DNA of 20,000 nucleotides from Chrysochromulina tobinii (Eukaryota): NCBI GenBank assembly GCA_001275005.1, contig JWZX01003364.1, positions 52,212 to 72,211 of the forward strand, read 5' to 3'. Shown piece by piece: positions 17,704 to 20,000 of this stretch (position 1 is its first letter; each line of letters starts with the position of its first letter). The notes under the pieces were generated by a model. It saw only the letters and a program-made list of their open reading frames with translations, ran no database searches and was not told where the DNA came from. The position numbers and the translations under genes were made by a program.

Positions 17704-18660
17704 CTAGCGCGTGGGTGTCACCACGCCCATCGGACCGAGCAGCCCGTCCACCTCGCGCAGGAAGCCGGAGCGTACCTTTTGGTCCGTTGCCAGCCGGGAG
17801 AGGTCTTCTAATTTCGCCAGGAACGGGGCGGAGTCAAACTTGAGGCGCGCCTGGACCGTCTTGGGGAAGAGCGGCTTGAAGAGGCCCACGAAGGCCTGCA
17901 GGATGAACGGCAGGTTCAGGATCATCGTCGGGCCCGCCATAGACGGGTAGAGCTTCTCGTATGACTTCGACGACGCCGTGAGCGCCTTGGCGAAGAGCGG
18001 GTCGGGTGCCTTGCGTGTGCCCGTGATGTCGTTGGCGAACATCACCTGGCAGAACCGGCCAGTGCGCTCGGAGCGCGCGTTCACCACGAGCGAGTGCACC
18101 TCCTTGACGTACAGGAAAAAGTCGGTCAACTGCTCGACGGACACTTTGGACATCATCTCCTTATCATCGATGGCCGAGGCGCGGATCACGTACACGAGGT
18201 CGCCGGCCGCGGTGGAGAGGGAGATTACGTTCTTGGGCGTGATGAACTTGTTGACCACCGCCGCGTGCGGCGCCGCCAGCCGCACTGGCTCGTTGTCCCA
18301 GCCGCCGTTCGCCGTCGCCTGGGCCACCGCCTTGGCGGCCGACTCCACCATGGAGCGCCCCGCGCCCGCGCGCCACACGACCAGCTCGCGCAGGTTGGCC
18401 TTGGCCTCTTCCGCGTTCGGGAACGCCATCGCAAAGCGCAACCGCGTCATCTCGGGCACGTCCGGCCCGATCGCCGCCAGCTGCTTCAAGAGCGCGCTAT
18501 TCTTTGCTAGCAGGGACTGCACCTCTGTCTGCTTGGTCGCCACCTGCATGGATGCAGCGCCGCGCCGCACCGACGCCACGCGCGCGGTGCCGTGGGCCAC
18601 TTGCAACGCTGCCGTGCTCACGAGGCCCAGGAACGCGAACATGATCGAGTAGATGGCCAT
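17704..18660 (-). CDS. CRAL-TRIO/Sec14-like lipid-binding protein, probably plastid-targeted, ~318 aa
   Basis: Start MAIYSIMFAFLGLVSTAALQV...RVASVRRGAASMQ (signal plus Arg/Ala/Ser transit-like peptide) is preferred over the upstream ATG at 18780. RLRFAMAF...ELVVWR resembles CRAL-TRIO-N; YPSMAGPTMILNLPFILQAFVGLFKPLFPKTVQARLKF resembles the Sec14 core end. Confidence 0.72.
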   Translation of the reverse strand: MAIYSIMFAFLGLVSTAALQVAHGTARVASVRRGAASMQVATKQTEVQSLLAKNSALLKQLAAIGPDVPEMTRLRFAMAFPNAEEAKANLRELVVWRAGAGRSMVESAAKAVAQATANGGWDNEPVRLAAPHAAVVNKFITPKNVISLSTAAGDLVYVIRASAIDDKEMMSKVSVEQLTDFFLYVKEVHSLVVNARSERTGRFCQVMFANDITGTRKAPDPLFAKALTASSKSYEKLYPSMAGPTMILNLPFILQAFVGLFKPLFPKTVQARLKFDSAPFLAKLEDLSRLATDQKVRSGFLREVDGLLGPMGVVTPTR

Positions 18661-19026
18661 GATTCGTCCCGTCGGATGGATGACCTTCGCCGAGCTTCTG
18701 AAATCTGATCCGAGGACTTTTCGCGGAATCGGGCTGCTGCTGTTCAACACAACGCGCGCGCGCGCGCGCATGTTCCCCAAGCAAGGGGGGCGCTACAAGT
18801 ATCGCTATGGACGGAGGTGTGGCCGACACAGCCAGGCCGTTAATCGGCGGAGGCGGGGGAAGGGGAAACCCTCTTGAGACATGCAAGCCGCACAAGCCCC
18901 GCGCACAAGTAGCTGAAATGCAAACTACGAAACTAGGGAGGAGGCGGAGTATGAGGCGGAGTCTAGACCTACAAGGTTGCAAAGACTTCGAGCTGGGATC
19001 GGTGCTGTGAGAAGTGGAATCGCCGA

Positions 19027-19717
19027 CGAAATTGTTTGATACGCATCGCCCGATGTAATTCCAACGGGAGGCACGGATCTTACGGCGGCCAATCGCGCCT
19101 TCGCGCGATTGATGCGCGTCAGCTTTACCGACACTGAGAGAGATGTGTTCCCGCCCACCTACCGCGATGTGAGCCTGGTCTAGCTTTAGCAGGGACCGGG
19201 TTGTCGCTTGGTTGTCGCGCTCACCAGGCTATCACCAGGCTGCTTGTGTAGCTCTGATGAACAGCAATTCAAGTCAAACACGCGACCAAGTTTACTGCCG
19301 CTTGACCCTAACGGTTAAGCGACCCCGACCGTGAACTCAACGTGTGATGAGACTGTTGGCAGGAGCTACCACCCTGGCCCAACCAGGGGGAAGGGGTACT
19401 GGGCATATGGGGTACCGTGCGGATGCATACTGGGAGATATGCTGCTCACGTTTCAGATTCAAGGGAATCTCGAAATTGTTTGATGCGCATCCCGATGTAA
19501 TTCCAACGGGAGGCACGGATCTTACGGCGGCCAATCGCGCGATTGATGCGCGTTAGATGCGCGTCAGCTTTACCGACATGAGAGAGATATTTTCCCGCCC
19601 ACCCACCGCGATGTGAGCCTGGTCTAGCTTTAGCAGGGCGGACCGGGTTGTCGCGCTCACCAGGCTGCTTGTGTAGCTCTGATGAACAGCAATTCAAGTC
19701 AAACACGCGACCAAGTT
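19027..19717. repeat. Direct repeat of ~250-265 bp (19027-19292 and 19471-19717) flanking a 178-bp spacer
   Basis: Both copies run CGAAATTGTTTGAT...GTAATTCCAACGGGAGGCACGGATCTTACGGCGGCCAATCGCGC...TCAAGTCAAACACGCGACCAAGTT, with small indels. Confidence 0.92.
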
Positions 19718-19772
19718 ATATTTACCTGGGGCTCTCACACTCGGCATGGGAGCCCCCATTCACAATGATTGC

Positions 19773-19862
19773 ACTGAACTGAACTGAACTGAACTGAACT
19801 GAACTGAACTGAACTGAACTGAACTGAACTGAACTGAACTGAACTGAACTGACCTGAACTGA
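19773..19862. repeat. (GAACT)n pentamer microsatellite preceded by a stem-loop; possible non-LTR retroposon 3' tail
   Basis: 15 perfect GAACT copies (19776-19850) plus degenerate ends. Hairpin GGGGCTCTCA/TGGGAGCCCC at 19728-19756. Confidence 0.9.
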
Positions 19863-20000
19863 TAAATTCACTAGAAATAAAATTAATAATCCAAAATACC
19901 TTGCCAAGACTCATGAGAAAAGAGGGGCCTGGTTCAGGGCCGTATGGGCGACGTGTACGAGGCGAGCCTCGACGGGCTCCGCAAGCTGGCGAGCGCAGCA

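Noticed and set aside
19205..19292. Hammerhead ribozyme/retrozyme (CTGATGA in both direct repeats)
   Set aside because: No GAAA after a credible stem II (the sequence reads CAAAC) and no convincing stem I/III around a cleavage triplet. An Infernal scan would settle it.
19343..19400. Box C/D snoRNA (GTGATGA)
   Set aside because: No box D (CTGA) with a terminal stem at a suitable distance.
19773..19862. Telomeric repeat (also 11533-11596)
   Set aside because: The units are not TTAGGG-like, and both arrays are short and internal.

Overview
GC-rich eukaryotic DNA with short spliceosomal introns. Repeat-filled introns, AP2-type repeats and signal-plus-transit presequences suggest a haptophyte alga (inference). 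Eight protein genes are supported: a 3'-truncated IQ-motif protein (missed by the ORF track) head-to-head with a class-I lysine methyltransferase; a TM RING-H2 E3 ligase; an SLC13/SLT-type anion transporter; a 3-exon ADP-ribosyltransferase with a degenerate plus an intact R-S-E ART domain (VIP2/C2-toxin-like layout); an ABC1/UbiB kinase; a tandem ABM-domain protein; and a CRAL-TRIO-like protein. Two accessory regions stand out. 11.5-13.3 kb is a mosaic of a microsatellite tail, a putative transposon end, and a shattered AP2-repeat pseudogene with foreign inserts. 19.0-19.9 kb is a dimeric repeat followed by a stem-loop and a (GAACT)n tail. All calls were made by eye, without database searches.
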